Origin: an uncultured Dialister sp.
Lineage (GTDB): Bacteria > Bacillota > Negativicutes > Veillonellales > Dialisteraceae
DNA: 48,577 nt
Assembly: GCF_900541605.1 (NCBI RefSeq)
Contig: NZ_UQKJ01000001.1
Coordinates: 1-48,577 of the forward strand
Direction: 5' to 3'
Positions 38,761 to 48,577 of the stretch are shown in pieces. The notes beneath the pieces were generated by a model. The model saw only the letters and a list, made by a program, of their open reading frames with translations. It did not search any database and was not told the DNA's origin. Numbering within the stretch: position 1 is the first letter of the stretch; the number at the start of each line of letters is the position of its first letter. A program made the translations under genes and the position numbers.

Positions 38761-40688
38761 GGCCGTTTGAAGAGCCTTCCCAGTTCTGTGGGTGTGAACT
38801 TGACAATGGTAGGTCTGCCATGGGGACACACAAAGGGACGGGATGTGTGGAAGAGGTCCGTAATGAGCTCCTTCATCTGCCGGATATTCAGGGGATTCCC
38901 CCGCTTGATGGCGCCCCGGCAGGCTGCGTAGGCCATCATGCGGTGCCGCATGGTCTCCGGAGAAGGCACATCCTTTTCGTGGTACGCCTTCACCAGTTCC
39001 TGTACCACCCGTTCCATTTCAGACTGGGACAGATCCTCCGGCGCCCCGGTGATGCGGATGACATTGGGCCCCGCCTGTTCAAAGGTAATGCCCAGCCTTT
39101 CGATATCTTTCTTTTTATCTGCCAGCAGGGGTATATCCTCGCTGTCCACGTGAATGAGATAGGGAACCAGGATTTCCTGCACCGGGATTCCCTCTGCCCG
39201 CTCTGCCAGGTGGTCATACCGCACCCGTTCATGGGCCGCATGCTGGTCGATAATGAGGAGGTCCTTCCCATGCTGGCAAAGGATAAAGCAGTCCGATACC
39301 TGCCCCAAAGGAATCACCGGGTCCTCCTGTTTTTCTTCTTCAAAGAGGGGATCCGCAGTGACTGCCTTCTTTTCTTCTGATTTTCCCTCTTCCTTCCGAT
39401 ATCCGCTGAATACGGAATGACCGGAGAAAAGGTCTTTCCTGTCCGTATCGGGCACATAGGCCGGTCCCCCGGGCGCCCTCCGTTCTTCTCCCGTAAAGGA
39501 ACCCTGGGACCGGGATTGGTAGGAAGATCCGGCCGGCTCTCCCCAGGACGATTTTGACGCCGTTTCTTCAGAAAGGCCGATATCCGGCTTTCCGGACGGC
39601 CTGTCTTCCACTCGGACATCACCGGGCCTGAAGCTGCCGCCATGGACAATTTCATGGCCCGGGTCCCGGATCATTTCACGGGCGATACTGTCCGCCGTGG
39701 ACTGGGAAGTCAGCGTCCCCAGCACCGCATGGTAAACGAGGCGGAACAGGGCCTGTTCATCGGAGAATTTGATTTCCCGCTTCTGTGGATGCACGTTCAC
39801 GTCAATACTTTCCGGCGGCACCTGGAAAGAAAGGACCATGAGGGGATATCCGTTCTTCGGGAGCAGGGAATGGTACGCATTATCCACTGCCTTTGTGACC
39901 ACCGCGCTTTCCACCACCCGCCGGTTGATGATGATGGTCTGGTACTGGCGGCTGCTTTTCAGAAGGGAAGGCTTGGAAATGAGGCCTTCCAGGAAAACAT
40001 CATTCCCCTCATCCTTCACATCCAGCATTTCACCGGCGGTCTTCGTACCATAAAGGGCAGAGACCACATCGATCAAGCGCCCGTTTCCCGGGGTTTCGAT
40101 GACGGTGCGGCCATTATTGATGAGGCGGAACGCAATATCCGGATTTGCCAGCGCCAGCTTTCCCACCATGCTGTTGATCCGGCTGGACTCGGTCCGTTCG
40201 GACTTCAGGAACTTCTTGCGGGCCGGTACGTTATAGAAGAGGTCCCGCACTTCCACCGTAGTCCCTGCCGGGGCTCCGCAGGGCTTTACTTCTTTGATTT
40301 CGCCCCCCTCCATCTCCAGCACCGTACCTTCCACGTCTTCATTGCGGCGGGTGGTAATGGAAGAGCGGGAAACGGAGGTAATACTGGGGAGTGCCTCTCC
40401 CCGGAACCCCAGGGAAGCGATGTGGTAAATATTATCCACCGTAGAAATCTTGCTGGTGGCATGGCGGATGACCGAGAGCCTGGCATCCTCCTCGGACATG
40501 CCGCAGCCGTCGTCGGTGACCCGGATATAGGTCATGCCGCCGTCGGCGATTTCCACTTCGATTTCATGGGCCCCTGCGTCCACCGCGTTTTCCACCAGTT
40601 CTTTCACCGCATTTACCGGACGCTCCACCACTTCACCGGCAGCAATCTGGTTTGCCGTGACTTCATCGAGCACATGAATCAGTGCCAT
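38757..40688 (-). CDS. mutL: DNA mismatch repair endonuclease MutL
   Basis: IAAGEVVERP, GFRGEAL, DQHAAHER, ACR and CPHGRP motifs. Confidence 0.97.
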   Translation of the reverse strand: MALIHVLDEVTANQIAAGEVVERPVNAVKELVENAVDAGAHEIEVEIADGGMTYIRVTDDGCGMSEEDARLSVIRHATSKISTVDNIYHIASLGFRGEALPSITSVSRSSITTRRNEDVEGTVLEMEGGEIKEVKPCGAPAGTTVEVRDLFYNVPARKKFLKSERTESSRINSMVGKLALANPDIAFRLINNGRTVIETPGNGRLIDVVSALYGTKTAGEMLDVKDEGNDVFLEGLISKPSLLKSSRQYQTIIINRRVVESAVVTKAVDNAYHSLLPKNGYPLMVLSFQVPPESIDVNVHPQKREIKFSDEQALFRLVYHAVLGTLTSQSTADSIAREMIRDPGHEIVHGGSFRPGDVRVEDRPSGKPDIGLSEETASKSSWGEPAGSSYQSRSQGSFTGEERRAPGGPAYVPDTDRKDLFSGHSVFSGYRKEEGKSEEKKAVTADPLFEEEKQEDPVIPLGQVSDCFILCQHGKDLLIIDQHAAHERVRYDHLAERAEGIPVQEILVPYLIHVDSEDIPLLADKKKDIERLGITFEQAGPNVIRITGAPEDLSQSEMERVVQELVKAYHEKDVPSPETMRHRMMAYAACRGAIKRGNPLNIRQMKELITDLFHTSRPFVCPHGRPTIVKFTPTELGRLFKRP

Positions 40689-43252
40689 TATCTTCCCTCC
40701 TTTGCTTCCTTACTGAGGCGGAACAGGATTTCCATGGCCTCAATGGGGGTTTTACTCATAACATCCATGTTCGCCAGTTCATCGATAATGGGGGATGTGA
40801 AAAGGTCCATGCCCATGGGACTGTCCTGCCCCTGTCTGACGGGAGCCGCAGCCGGCTTCACGCCGTCCTTTTCTTCCAGAGACTGGAGGATATCATCGGC
40901 CCGTTTCAGAAGGGACTCCGGCAGCCCCGCCAGCCTTGCCACGTGGATGCCATAGCTCCTGTCGGCGCAGCCCGGCACGATGCGGCGAAGGAAGGTAATA
41001 TCCTTCCCCCGTTCCTTGACGGTGACCGTATAGTTTTTAATGTGGCTGCTGTGATCCGCCATGTCCGACAGTTCATGGTAATGGGTGGCAAAGAGGGTAA
41101 ACCCGTGGATTTTTTCATCGATATATTCCACCACCGCCCGGGCAATGCTCATGCCGTCGTAGGTACTGGTCCCCCGGCCGATTTCATCGAGCAGGATAAG
41201 GCTGTTCTTCGTGGCATTCCGGAGGATATGGGAAACTTCCTGCATTTCCACCATGAATGTACTCTGGCCCGTAGAAATATCGTCGCTGGCTCCGACCCTG
41301 GTAAATATGCGGTCCACCGGGGAGAAAGAGGCACTCCGCGCCGGGATGAAGGACCCCACCTGGGCCATAATGGTCAGCACCGCCACCTGCCGCATGTAGG
41401 TGGATTTGCCTGCCATATTGGGGCCCGTGATGACGAGGATTTCCTGGTCCCTGTGGTTCAGCTCCGTATCGTTAGGTACGAACATTTCCCGCTTCAGCGC
41501 ATGCTCCACCATGGGATGACGGCCATCTTTGATGGTAATCCGGCCTTCCCTGGCATTGGTAATCTCCGGCTTCACATACCGGTCCTTCAGGGCTGCCCGG
41601 GCAAGGCTGGCCAGGCAGTCCAGCTGGGCCAGGGCTCTGGCGGTCTTCTGCATGTCCGGGATTTCCGGACGGATTTCCGCCTTCACGGCCTGGTAAATCT
41701 TCAGTTCCAGCTCCTCCGTCTTTTCCTTTGCCGTCAGAGCCTTCGCCTCAAATTCCTTCAGTTCCGGCGTAATGTACCGTTCCGCGTTCACCAGTGTCTG
41801 CTTCCTCATATAGTAAGGCGGCACTGGAATCTTATTGGCATTGGAAATTTCGAAATAATAGCCGAATACATTGTTGAATCCGATTTTCAGCTTAATGCCG
41901 GTTTTTTCCTTTTCCCGCTCCTCCAGATCCGCAATATATTTCTGGCTGTTCTCGGAAAGGGAGCGGACCTCATCCAGCTCAGAGGAAAATCCCTCTTTGA
42001 TATATTTTCCGTCCCGGATATTGCCGGTACCATTTTCATTCATGGAACGGTCCAGCAGGTCATACACCGGGCCGTGGATGCCGATCTGGGCATTCAGTTT
42101 CTTCAGGATCACCGACCCCGCCCCACTTAAAAGGTTCTTGATATGGGGCACCATTTTCAGGCTGGCCTTCAGGGCCAGGAGGTCCTTGGGGGATGTGGAA
42201 TTTGCCTCGATACGGCCAAGGATTCGTTCGAAATCGAACACCTGGGACAGCATGTCCTCCAGGTTCGTAAGCTCCGTCATATGGGTGGTGAGTTCTTCGA
42301 TACCATTCTGACGGAGGGTAATCCGGTTCACATCGGTCAGCGGCCGTTCCAGCCACCGTTTGAGCAGCCGCGCTCCCATGGCGGTATGGGTATAGTCCAG
42401 AAGTTCCAGGAGCGTTCCCTTCCGACCGCCATCCCGCATGTTTCTCGTGATTTCCAGGTTCCGCAGGCACTCTTCCGACAGAGTAAGCGTATGGTCTTCC
42501 CTCATGGGCTGCACCGAATGGAACGTGGCGGCCTCTGTCTTCATGACATCCTTCAGGTACGCCGACAGCCGCCGGAAAACGAGCTGCACATTGTCATTAT
42601 CAATGGAAGCGGCGGCCGGCGGAATGTCCCCTTCCTCCTCCGATTCGGACCGGGACATGAGGCAGGCCCCCAGCCGGGCAGCGCAGAAGCTGGTCAGTTT
42701 CCCATAGAATTCATCGGACACAGAGCATACAGCCTCTGCCGGGGAATAGACGGAAAGCATGTCGAAGAAATCGTCTTTTTCCTTCTTCTTGTCCCACACC
42801 CCCCACCAGCATTCACCGGTAGAAACATCGGCCAGCACCGCATCAATTTCCTTATCGGCCTCCATGATATAAATCAGGTAATTGTTGGATTTGTCGGCAA
42901 TGGAATTTTCAAAGAGAATGGTGCCCGGCGTAATGACCCGGATCACGTCCCGCTTCACAAGGCCCTTTGCCTTCTTGGGGTCCTCCAGCTGTTCGCAGAT
43001 GGCCACCTTATAGCCCTTCTGGATGAGCCGGTAAATGTAAATTTCCGCCGCATGGAAAGGGATGCCGCACATGGGTACCCGGCCTTCGGGACCTGCATTT
43101 TTCCCTGTCAGCGTCAGTTCCAGTTCATGGGATGCCGTCAGGGCATCATCATAAAAGAGCTCATAAAAATCGCCGAGCCGATAGAAAAGGAGGCAGTCCT
43201 TGTATCCATCCTTTACCTGCTTATATTGTGCCATTAAAGGAGTCTTTGCCAT
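40688..43252 (-). CDS. mutS: DNA mismatch repair protein MutS
   Basis: GDFYELF, TGPNMAGKST, DEIGRGTS and ATHYHEL motifs. Confidence 0.97.
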   Translation of the reverse strand: MAKTPLMAQYKQVKDGYKDCLLFYRLGDFYELFYDDALTASHELELTLTGKNAGPEGRVPMCGIPFHAAEIYIYRLIQKGYKVAICEQLEDPKKAKGLVKRDVIRVITPGTILFENSIADKSNNYLIYIMEADKEIDAVLADVSTGECWWGVWDKKKEKDDFFDMLSVYSPAEAVCSVSDEFYGKLTSFCAARLGACLMSRSESEEEGDIPPAAASIDNDNVQLVFRRLSAYLKDVMKTEAATFHSVQPMREDHTLTLSEECLRNLEITRNMRDGGRKGTLLELLDYTHTAMGARLLKRWLERPLTDVNRITLRQNGIEELTTHMTELTNLEDMLSQVFDFERILGRIEANSTSPKDLLALKASLKMVPHIKNLLSGAGSVILKKLNAQIGIHGPVYDLLDRSMNENGTGNIRDGKYIKEGFSSELDEVRSLSENSQKYIADLEEREKEKTGIKLKIGFNNVFGYYFEISNANKIPVPPYYMRKQTLVNAERYITPELKEFEAKALTAKEKTEELELKIYQAVKAEIRPEIPDMQKTARALAQLDCLASLARAALKDRYVKPEITNAREGRITIKDGRHPMVEHALKREMFVPNDTELNHRDQEILVITGPNMAGKSTYMRQVAVLTIMAQVGSFIPARSASFSPVDRIFTRVGASDDISTGQSTFMVEMQEVSHILRNATKNSLILLDEIGRGTSTYDGMSIARAVVEYIDEKIHGFTLFATHYHELSDMADHSSHIKNYTVTVKERGKDITFLRRIVPGCADRSYGIHVARLAGLPESLLKRADDILQSLEEKDGVKPAAAPVRQGQDSPMGMDLFTSPIIDELANMDVMSKTPIEAMEILFRLSKEAKEGR

Positions 43253-43351
43253 GTCACCCTCCTGTTTGAAATAATGATAGCAAAATTCTACGGCTCCGCC
43301 GCTAAGGGTCTAGATCCAGATCTAGATCTACAGGGCCTTCGGCCCGAATCC

Positions 43352-44698
43352 TCACTCCACCAGTTCTCCCTTGAGCACCCAGGTCTGGGCCAGGTCCACC
43401 TTTGCCTTCACCGTATCTCCCACATGGATGCCTTCCTTATGGGGGAAGAGAATCATCTTATTGGAAGACGTGCGGCCATACCAGTGGTTTTCATCCTGCT
43501 TGGACGGTCCTTCTACGATGATTTCATAGGTATGGCCCTCCATCTTTTTATTGAGGGCCAGGGAAATCGGATTTTCCGTATCCATCAGTTCCTGCAGCCG
43601 GCGATGCTTTGTGGCATCATCGATCTGATCTTCCATCCGGGCCGCCGGAGTCCCTGTCCTTGGGGAATAGATGAAGGTATAGGCCGAATCAAAGCGCAGG
43701 TCTTCCAGAAGCTTCAGGGTTTCTTCGTGCATAGCTTCCGTTTCTCCCGGGAATCCGGTAATCAGGTCCGTAGTCACAGCGATATCGGGCATTTTCTCCC
43801 GCACGTAGGCAAGGAGTTCCTTGAAATGTTCGATGGTATACCCCCGGTTCATGCGGCGAAGCATTTCATTGGACCCGTGTTGCACGGGCAGGTGCATATG
43901 GCGCACCACCTTCGGGGAAGCTGCCATGGCATCCACCATGTCGAAGGTCATATCCCTTGGGTGGGAAGTCATGTACCGTACCCGTTCGATGCCGTCGATT
44001 TCATCGATAGCCCGGATAAGGTCTGCGAAATTCGTGCCATTCCGGAAATCGAGTCCATAGGAATTGACATTCTGTCCCAGAAGGGTGATTTCCTTGTACC
44101 CCTCTTTGGCAAGCTGGCGGATTTCCCCGCAGATATCGGGGATGGTCCGGCTGATTTCCCGGCCCCGCACATAGGGAACAATACAGTAGGTGCAGAACTT
44201 GTTGCAGCCCTGCATAATGGGAATCCATGCAAAGATTTTTGACTTTCTCACCGCATGGAGCTCGCTGTAATCGTTCACGCTGTGGGGATTCCGCTCCGTT
44301 TTCACCACATGGCCGCCGGTGGCGGTTTCCTTCGTGATGATATCCTTCAGGTCATGAATATGGTAAGGTCCCATGACAAAATCGATGATCGGCATCCGTT
44401 CGATGAGCTTTCCCTTATTTTCCTGGGCCATGCAGCCGGCAATGCCGAGGAGCATGTGGGGATTCTTCTCTTTCAGCTTCTTGATTTCCCCGATTTTCCC
44501 ATACACCTTTTCTTCCGCATTCTGCCGGACCGAGCAGGTATTCATGATGACAATATCCGCATCTTCCATGTTCTCCGCCGGTTTGTATCCCAGTTCTTCC
44601 AGCTGCCCGTTGATACGCTCCGTATCACTTTCATTCATCTGGCAGCCATAAGTAATTGTATAGTAAAGTTTTTCGCCTGTGAGCCGTTTCTCTTCCAC
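43352..44698 (-). CDS. miaB: tRNA-2-methylthio-N6-dimethylallyladenosine synthase
   Basis: TYGCQMN, NTCSVR, CNKFCTYC radical SAM motif and C-terminal TRAM domain. Confidence 0.95.
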   Translation of the reverse strand: MEEKRLTGEKLYYTITYGCQMNESDTERINGQLEELGYKPAENMEDADIVIMNTCSVRQNAEEKVYGKIGEIKKLKEKNPHMLLGIAGCMAQENKGKLIERMPIIDFVMGPYHIHDLKDIITKETATGGHVVKTERNPHSVNDYSELHAVRKSKIFAWIPIMQGCNKFCTYCIVPYVRGREISRTIPDICGEIRQLAKEGYKEITLLGQNVNSYGLDFRNGTNFADLIRAIDEIDGIERVRYMTSHPRDMTFDMVDAMAASPKVVRHMHLPVQHGSNEMLRRMNRGYTIEHFKELLAYVREKMPDIAVTTDLITGFPGETEAMHEETLKLLEDLRFDSAYTFIYSPRTGTPAARMEDQIDDATKHRRLQELMDTENPISLALNKKMEGHTYEIIVEGPSKQDENHWYGRTSSNKMILFPHKEGIHVGDTVKAKVDLAQTWVLKGELVE

Positions 44699-45028
44699 GA
44701 CTTACCTCCTGTAAACAACGCATAATAAAGCCATTATGATATTATACCATTTTTATGAAATTCATGTTTTACGGGATTTTCTTCCCCATTGGACCGGCCG
44801 GTTTTAACAGATAAAAAAGGATTGGATTTCACCATGGAAATCCAGTCCCTGTAATTAAAAAAGAGTTGAGAATTGAGAATTGATTGCAAGGGAAGCAAAG
44901 AATGGCGGACAATGGAAAAACAGGTCTTTCCGACCGGGCCAGCACACGGTCACTCCCACACTTTCGTGGACCGCCGCCATTCTTCATTCCTGATTTTTCA
45001 GGCCTTCGGTCCGATTCCGGTTTCCCTC

Positions 45029-46096
45029 TTATTTCCCTGCCTTACGAAGGGCTTCCTCCCCTGCCTCTATGACCTGTTCCACAGAAATCTTGGAAATAGG
45101 CGTGTACTTCCCGGAGGCTATGGTCTTGTTGACATGTTCCGGTCCCATGGGCATATCCCAGGACGAAAGGGCCTTGGAACAGGGACCCAGGGGATGGTGG
45201 AATTTCGCATTGCTTGGCCCAAACATGGCAATGGTCGGGACCCCCCGGCTGTCAAATACATACATAGGTCCGCTGTCATTGGTAAAGGCCAGGGAGCAGC
45301 GGCCGGCAGCAGCCATAAATTCCCCCATGGACAGTTCTCCTGCCGCTATGATGGCAGTTTTGTTTTTCATGACTGACAGGGCTTCATCGATGAGTTTCCT
45401 TTCCGACGGTACGCCGAAGAAAACAGGAATCATCCCTTTTTCTGCAAAGTGGTCCGCCACTTTCCCATAATTTTTAGCCGGCCAGTTCTTCTCTGCCGTG
45501 GAACTTCCTACGGAGAGGCCCAGGAGACGGTCTCCTTCACCGATACCCTTAGACCGGAAGAAATCGTCTGCCCGTTTTTCCCAGGCATCGCAGGTGTAGG
45601 TCCGCATGCCGCTGTGGTGGAGGTCCTTTACCCCCAGCCGTTCCAGCACTTTCAGGTACTTGTCTACGGCATGGGAATTATAGGTCTCAATGGTCATGGG
45701 CCAATCCATGAAGAGAGAGTCAATCCGGGTACCCGCTTCGCCGCCCCAGTGCTTTGGATGCATGGCCAGGGCAAGGATCGTGCTTCTGGTGGTCCCATGA
45801 AGGGTGAGAAGGATATCGGGATGAAGGGCAGCGAGCTTTTTTCCCAGTTTCCAGGTGGCCCCCATGCCTTTTTCTTTCCCGTGCCGGTCAAAGGGGACGA
45901 TCACATCCACATTGGGATTGTACCGGACCGCATCCTGGAACCGGGCATCCATGACAAGGATGATTTTAGACCCCACCGCCGCCCGGCGAAGGACCTCCAG
46001 GAATGGGGTAATGGACACCATGTCCCCGAAATAGAGCATATAAATAAGCACAATGGTCTTGTGGCTCAAGTCTGCATTCACATTAGTTTCTTTCAT
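45029..46096 (-). CDS. Glycosyltransferase family 9 (LPS heptosyltransferase-like)
   Basis: FGDMV, KNWP and TNDSGPM...IAMFGP motifs. Confidence 0.88.
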   Translation of the reverse strand: MKETNVNADLSHKTIVLIYMLYFGDMVSITPFLEVLRRAAVGSKIILVMDARFQDAVRYNPNVDVIVPFDRHGKEKGMGATWKLGKKLAALHPDILLTLHGTTRSTILALAMHPKHWGGEAGTRIDSLFMDWPMTIETYNSHAVDKYLKVLERLGVKDLHHSGMRTYTCDAWEKRADDFFRSKGIGEGDRLLGLSVGSSTAEKNWPAKNYGKVADHFAEKGMIPVFFGVPSERKLIDEALSVMKNKTAIIAAGELSMGEFMAAAGRCSLAFTNDSGPMYVFDSRGVPTIAMFGPSNAKFHHPLGPCSKALSSWDMPMGPEHVNKTIASGKYTPISKISVEQVIEAGEEALRKAGK

Positions 46097-46115
46097 ATGG
46101 TTCCTTACTCCTGCT

Positions 46116-47297
46116 TTACAGGCCTTTATCTATTGTTTTCCGGATAAGCCGGTCCCAGGAATCCCACACCGCATCGGGGTAAAAGGGCTTCATCGATTCT
46201 CTGGCGCCCTCCCCGAGCCGGCCTCGGAGCTCCCTGTCTTCCATGAGTGTCCGGAGTGCCCGGCTGAAAGGTTCCGGCCCCTCTTCCACGAGGAAACCGT
46301 TTTCCCCGTCCCTGATCAGTTCATTCACCGAGGAGCAGGAACGGTAGCCCACTGCCGGTATTCCCACGGCCATGGCTTCTGACAGGGCCAGAGGGAATCC
46401 CTCATGGTGGCTGGGAAAGGCAAAAATATCCGTATCCTTCCAGACGCTGGCCATATCTCTGGTAGTGCCCTTAAGGTGCACCCGTTCCTCCAGGTGCCTG
46501 CTGTGAATCAATTTCTTCAGAGCCGCCACATAGGCCTTATCGTAAGTATCTCCCCATATATTGACTTCCCAGTCCGGGAAATCGGAGGCAACCAGGCTGA
46601 AGGCTTCCACCAGAAGGTGCTGCCGCTTGGTCCGTCCGGTAACCCGGCCCACATTGGTAATCAGGTGGTGGTTTTTTTCCTCCCCCGCCGAAGAATGGAC
46701 CTTCGGTACGTTCACCGCATTGGGAATATAGACGAAATGGCCGTAATCCAGATATTTCTCCGCTTTTTGGATGAACGACGGCATGAGTACCTGGATAGCC
46801 GCACTCCTCTCCAGTGCTTTCTTTTCCGCCAGAGGGGAATGGAGGAATATTTCATCCGGGTCATTATGAAGCATGGAAATTACCGGGATATCCGTGTGAA
46901 GCCCCTCCAGGAGGAGCCGCCCCGTCGGTTCCCGGAAAGAGACAATGACATCGGGCTTTGCCAGTTCCAGTACCCGTTCCATCCCCTTTTCCGCTTTCCG
47001 GAGGATTTTATAGTTCCTGTTCCTTGCCCCTTCCTTGCTGAAGAGGCGGGTGGCCTCCCGTAGAATCTTGTCCGCTGCCCCCGTATGGACTGGCGCCATG
47101 CCGTCCATGTGGAAAATATTATAGAAATCCACACCCTCCGGGACCGGATAAAAAGGAGAGCCCTCCCTTTCATCGGCCATGGCCACAGACACGTCATAGC
47201 CCCTGTCCTTCATGGCCTGCGCCATCCGTGACAGTACATGCTCGATGCCGCCGCTGTAGCCCACAAATTTATGGAGATTCACGAGTAACAGGTTCAT
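46116..47297 (-). CDS. Glycosyltransferase family 4
   Basis: GGIEHV, VGRV and FAFPSHHEGFPLALSEAMAVG motifs. Confidence 0.88.
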   Translation of the reverse strand: MNLLLVNLHKFVGYSGGIEHVLSRMAQAMKDRGYDVSVAMADEREGSPFYPVPEGVDFYNIFHMDGMAPVHTGAADKILREATRLFSKEGARNRNYKILRKAEKGMERVLELAKPDVIVSFREPTGRLLLEGLHTDIPVISMLHNDPDEIFLHSPLAEKKALERSAAIQVLMPSFIQKAEKYLDYGHFVYIPNAVNVPKVHSSAGEEKNHHLITNVGRVTGRTKRQHLLVEAFSLVASDFPDWEVNIWGDTYDKAYVAALKKLIHSRHLEERVHLKGTTRDMASVWKDTDIFAFPSHHEGFPLALSEAMAVGIPAVGYRSCSSVNELIRDGENGFLVEEGPEPFSRALRTLMEDRELRGRLGEGARESMKPFYPDAVWDSWDRLIRKTIDKGL

Positions 47298-47430
47298 AGG
47301 AGCCCTCCTGAAAAATGATATAAAAGTTGAGTATTAAGTGTCGAGTGTCGATACTATAAGGCGCTTCTCCATCAGGTATGACCAGATAATCAAGCCGTAA
47401 AGCCGTGAGCTTTCCTGACAGCCAAAAGCC

Positions 47431-47510
47431 AGCTATGTAACGAGGATTATGACGAAGCAGTGCATAAAAATCCTTATGAAATCTGACTCTGCGAATTAAT
47501 CAGTGCTTCC
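47431..47510. mobile_element. Family A right-half copy
   Basis: GATTATGACGAAGCAGTGCATAAAAATCCTTATGAAATCTGACTCTGCGAATTAATCAGTGCTTCC followed by CTGG. Confidence 0.8.
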
Positions 47511-47546
47511 CTGGTTCCCTCGATCTCAATCTCGACCTCGGCCTTA

Positions 47547-47984
47547 TTAAATTTCCTTCGCCCGCTTCACAAGTTCATCGTTGATTTTCCTGCCGGTCTT
47601 TGTCATGGCCAGGCCTGCCCGGCTTGTCTCCTTCAGTTCCACCGGCAGCCGCCGTCCCACATCGCCCATGGCTTCGATGACCTCATCCGGCGGAATGACG
47701 CTCTTGATGCCGTTCATGGCCATATCCGCCGCCAGGAGGGCGTGGACCGCATGGAAAGCGTTCCGCTTCACACAGGGCACCTCCACGAGGCCTCCCACCG
47801 GATCGCAGACCAGGCCCAGGATATTTTTCAGGGCCAGGGCAAAGGCATTCCCCATCTGTTCCGTGGACCCCTTCAGAAGGTCCACCGCCGCAGCGGCCGC
47901 CATGCCGCAGGCAGCGCCGCATTCCGCCTGGCAGCCGCCGACAGCGCCGGCAATGGATGCCTTTTCTGCAATCACCCGGCCAAA
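47547..47984 (-). pseudogene. sdaAA: 5'-truncated L-serine dehydratase alpha subunit (C-terminal half only)
   Basis: ASIAGAVGGCQAECG, LGLVCDPVGGLVEVPCVKRN and LKETSRAGLA motifs; similarity stops upstream of FGRVIAEK. Confidence 0.85.
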
Positions 47985-48164
47985 TCGCCGCATCACGTTA
48001 TGAACCAATAGACCGTTCCCTCCAGCGTTTTGAAGAATTCTCTGCATCTGCGCTCACGCGCATTTTTTCATGTGGTCTTTTTTGATTCAGGAGGATTCAG
48101 GGATTGTCTTTCCCAAGATGATTTGCAATCATCGCCCCGAATTATTTTCATATCACTATACAAT

Positions 48165-48577
48165 ATGGACACGTCATTGAAACTCCACGGCCTGGTGGCC
48201 GCCGTACATACTCCGTTCAAGGCGGATGGTTCTCTGAATCCTTCCAGCGTTGACGCCCAGGCCAAGCTGCTTGCCTCCCATGGCATCAAGCTTGCTTTCA
48301 TTACCGGCAGTACCGGTGAATCCTCCTCCATGCAGCTTGAAGAACGCAAGGAAATCTATTCCGCCTGGAAGGAAGCCTCCGCCAAGCATGGCGTGGAAGT
48401 TATCGCCCATACCGGTTCCAACAGCGTCTGGGACGCCCGGGAACTGGCCGCTTTTGCCCAGGAGTGTGGATTCGTGGCCACCAGTTCCCTTGCTCCCTCC
48501 TACTACAAGCCCGGCACTGTCCAGCGCCTGGTGGAATGCTGCGCTTTCGCCGCCTCCGGCGCACCCGACCTGCCCTA
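48165..48577 (+). CDS. nanA: N-acetylneuraminate lyase / DHDPS-family aldolase, runs off the window end (absent from the ORF track)
   Basis: MDTSLKLHGLVAAVHTPF...FITGSTGESSSM..EERK...IAHTGS...LAPSYYKP; GSTGE is the NanA-type motif. Confidence 0.8.
   Translation, partial: MDTSLKLHGLVAAVHTPFKADGSLNPSSVDAQAKLLASHGIKLAFITGSTGESSSMQLEERKEIYSAWKEASAKHGVEVIAHTGSNSVWDARELAAFAQECGFVATSSLAPSYYKPGTVQRLVECCAFAASGAPDLP

Noticed and set aside
5268..43237. Long antisense ORFs (e.g. 5268-6605, 12296-13984, 18747-20093, 26250-27473, 30132-31814, 40682-42130)
   Set aside because: Shadow frames opposite well-supported genes, with no recognisable motifs
43308..43330. TCTAGATCCAGATCTAGATCTA repeat between mutS and miaB
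   Set aside because: Short low-complexity tract with a single occurrence and no supportable function
1..48577. CRISPR array, prophage, integrase or transposase genes
   Set aside because: No regularly spaced repeat-spacer units and no ORF with such motifs; the repeats found are dispersed palindromes
34580..48577. Sialic-acid pathway link between the YhcH-family gene and nanA
   Set aside because: The genes are 13 kb apart and on opposite sides of a probable chimeric junction

Overview
Mostly housekeeping chromosome from a diderm (LPS-making) Firmicute of the Negativicutes. Dialister/Veillonellaceae-like is my inference from Firmicute-type riboswitches plus hldE, GT9 and RND genes. Gene order: bioY-birA, hslVU, thioesterase, MetY-family sulfhydrylase, orphan trpF, P-loop/Asp23 protein, murB, rbsKDACB, fumC, acetolactate decarboxylase, phosphomannomutase, yerC, SAM-I-controlled metNIQ, C26 amidotransferase, MFS, hldE, SGNH hydrolase, RND pump, YhcH, tRNA-Val(CAC), ynbB-hfq-miaA-MTase-mutL-mutS-miaB and two glycosyltransferases. 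I found no CRISPR array, prophage or transposase. The notable signals are mostly non-coding. (1) Two families of structured intergenic repeats: family A has IS5-like YTAR target duplications and compensatory base changes along a long stem. (2) A Cys-specific T-box with two unannotated small ORFs ahead of a 'MetY' enzyme. (3) A tandem ANTAR-like hairpin/terminator leader. (4) An abrupt junction near 47985, where a 5'-truncated sdaAA is joined to foreign-looking DNA carrying a nanA-type gene; this is either an assembly chimera or an insertion.
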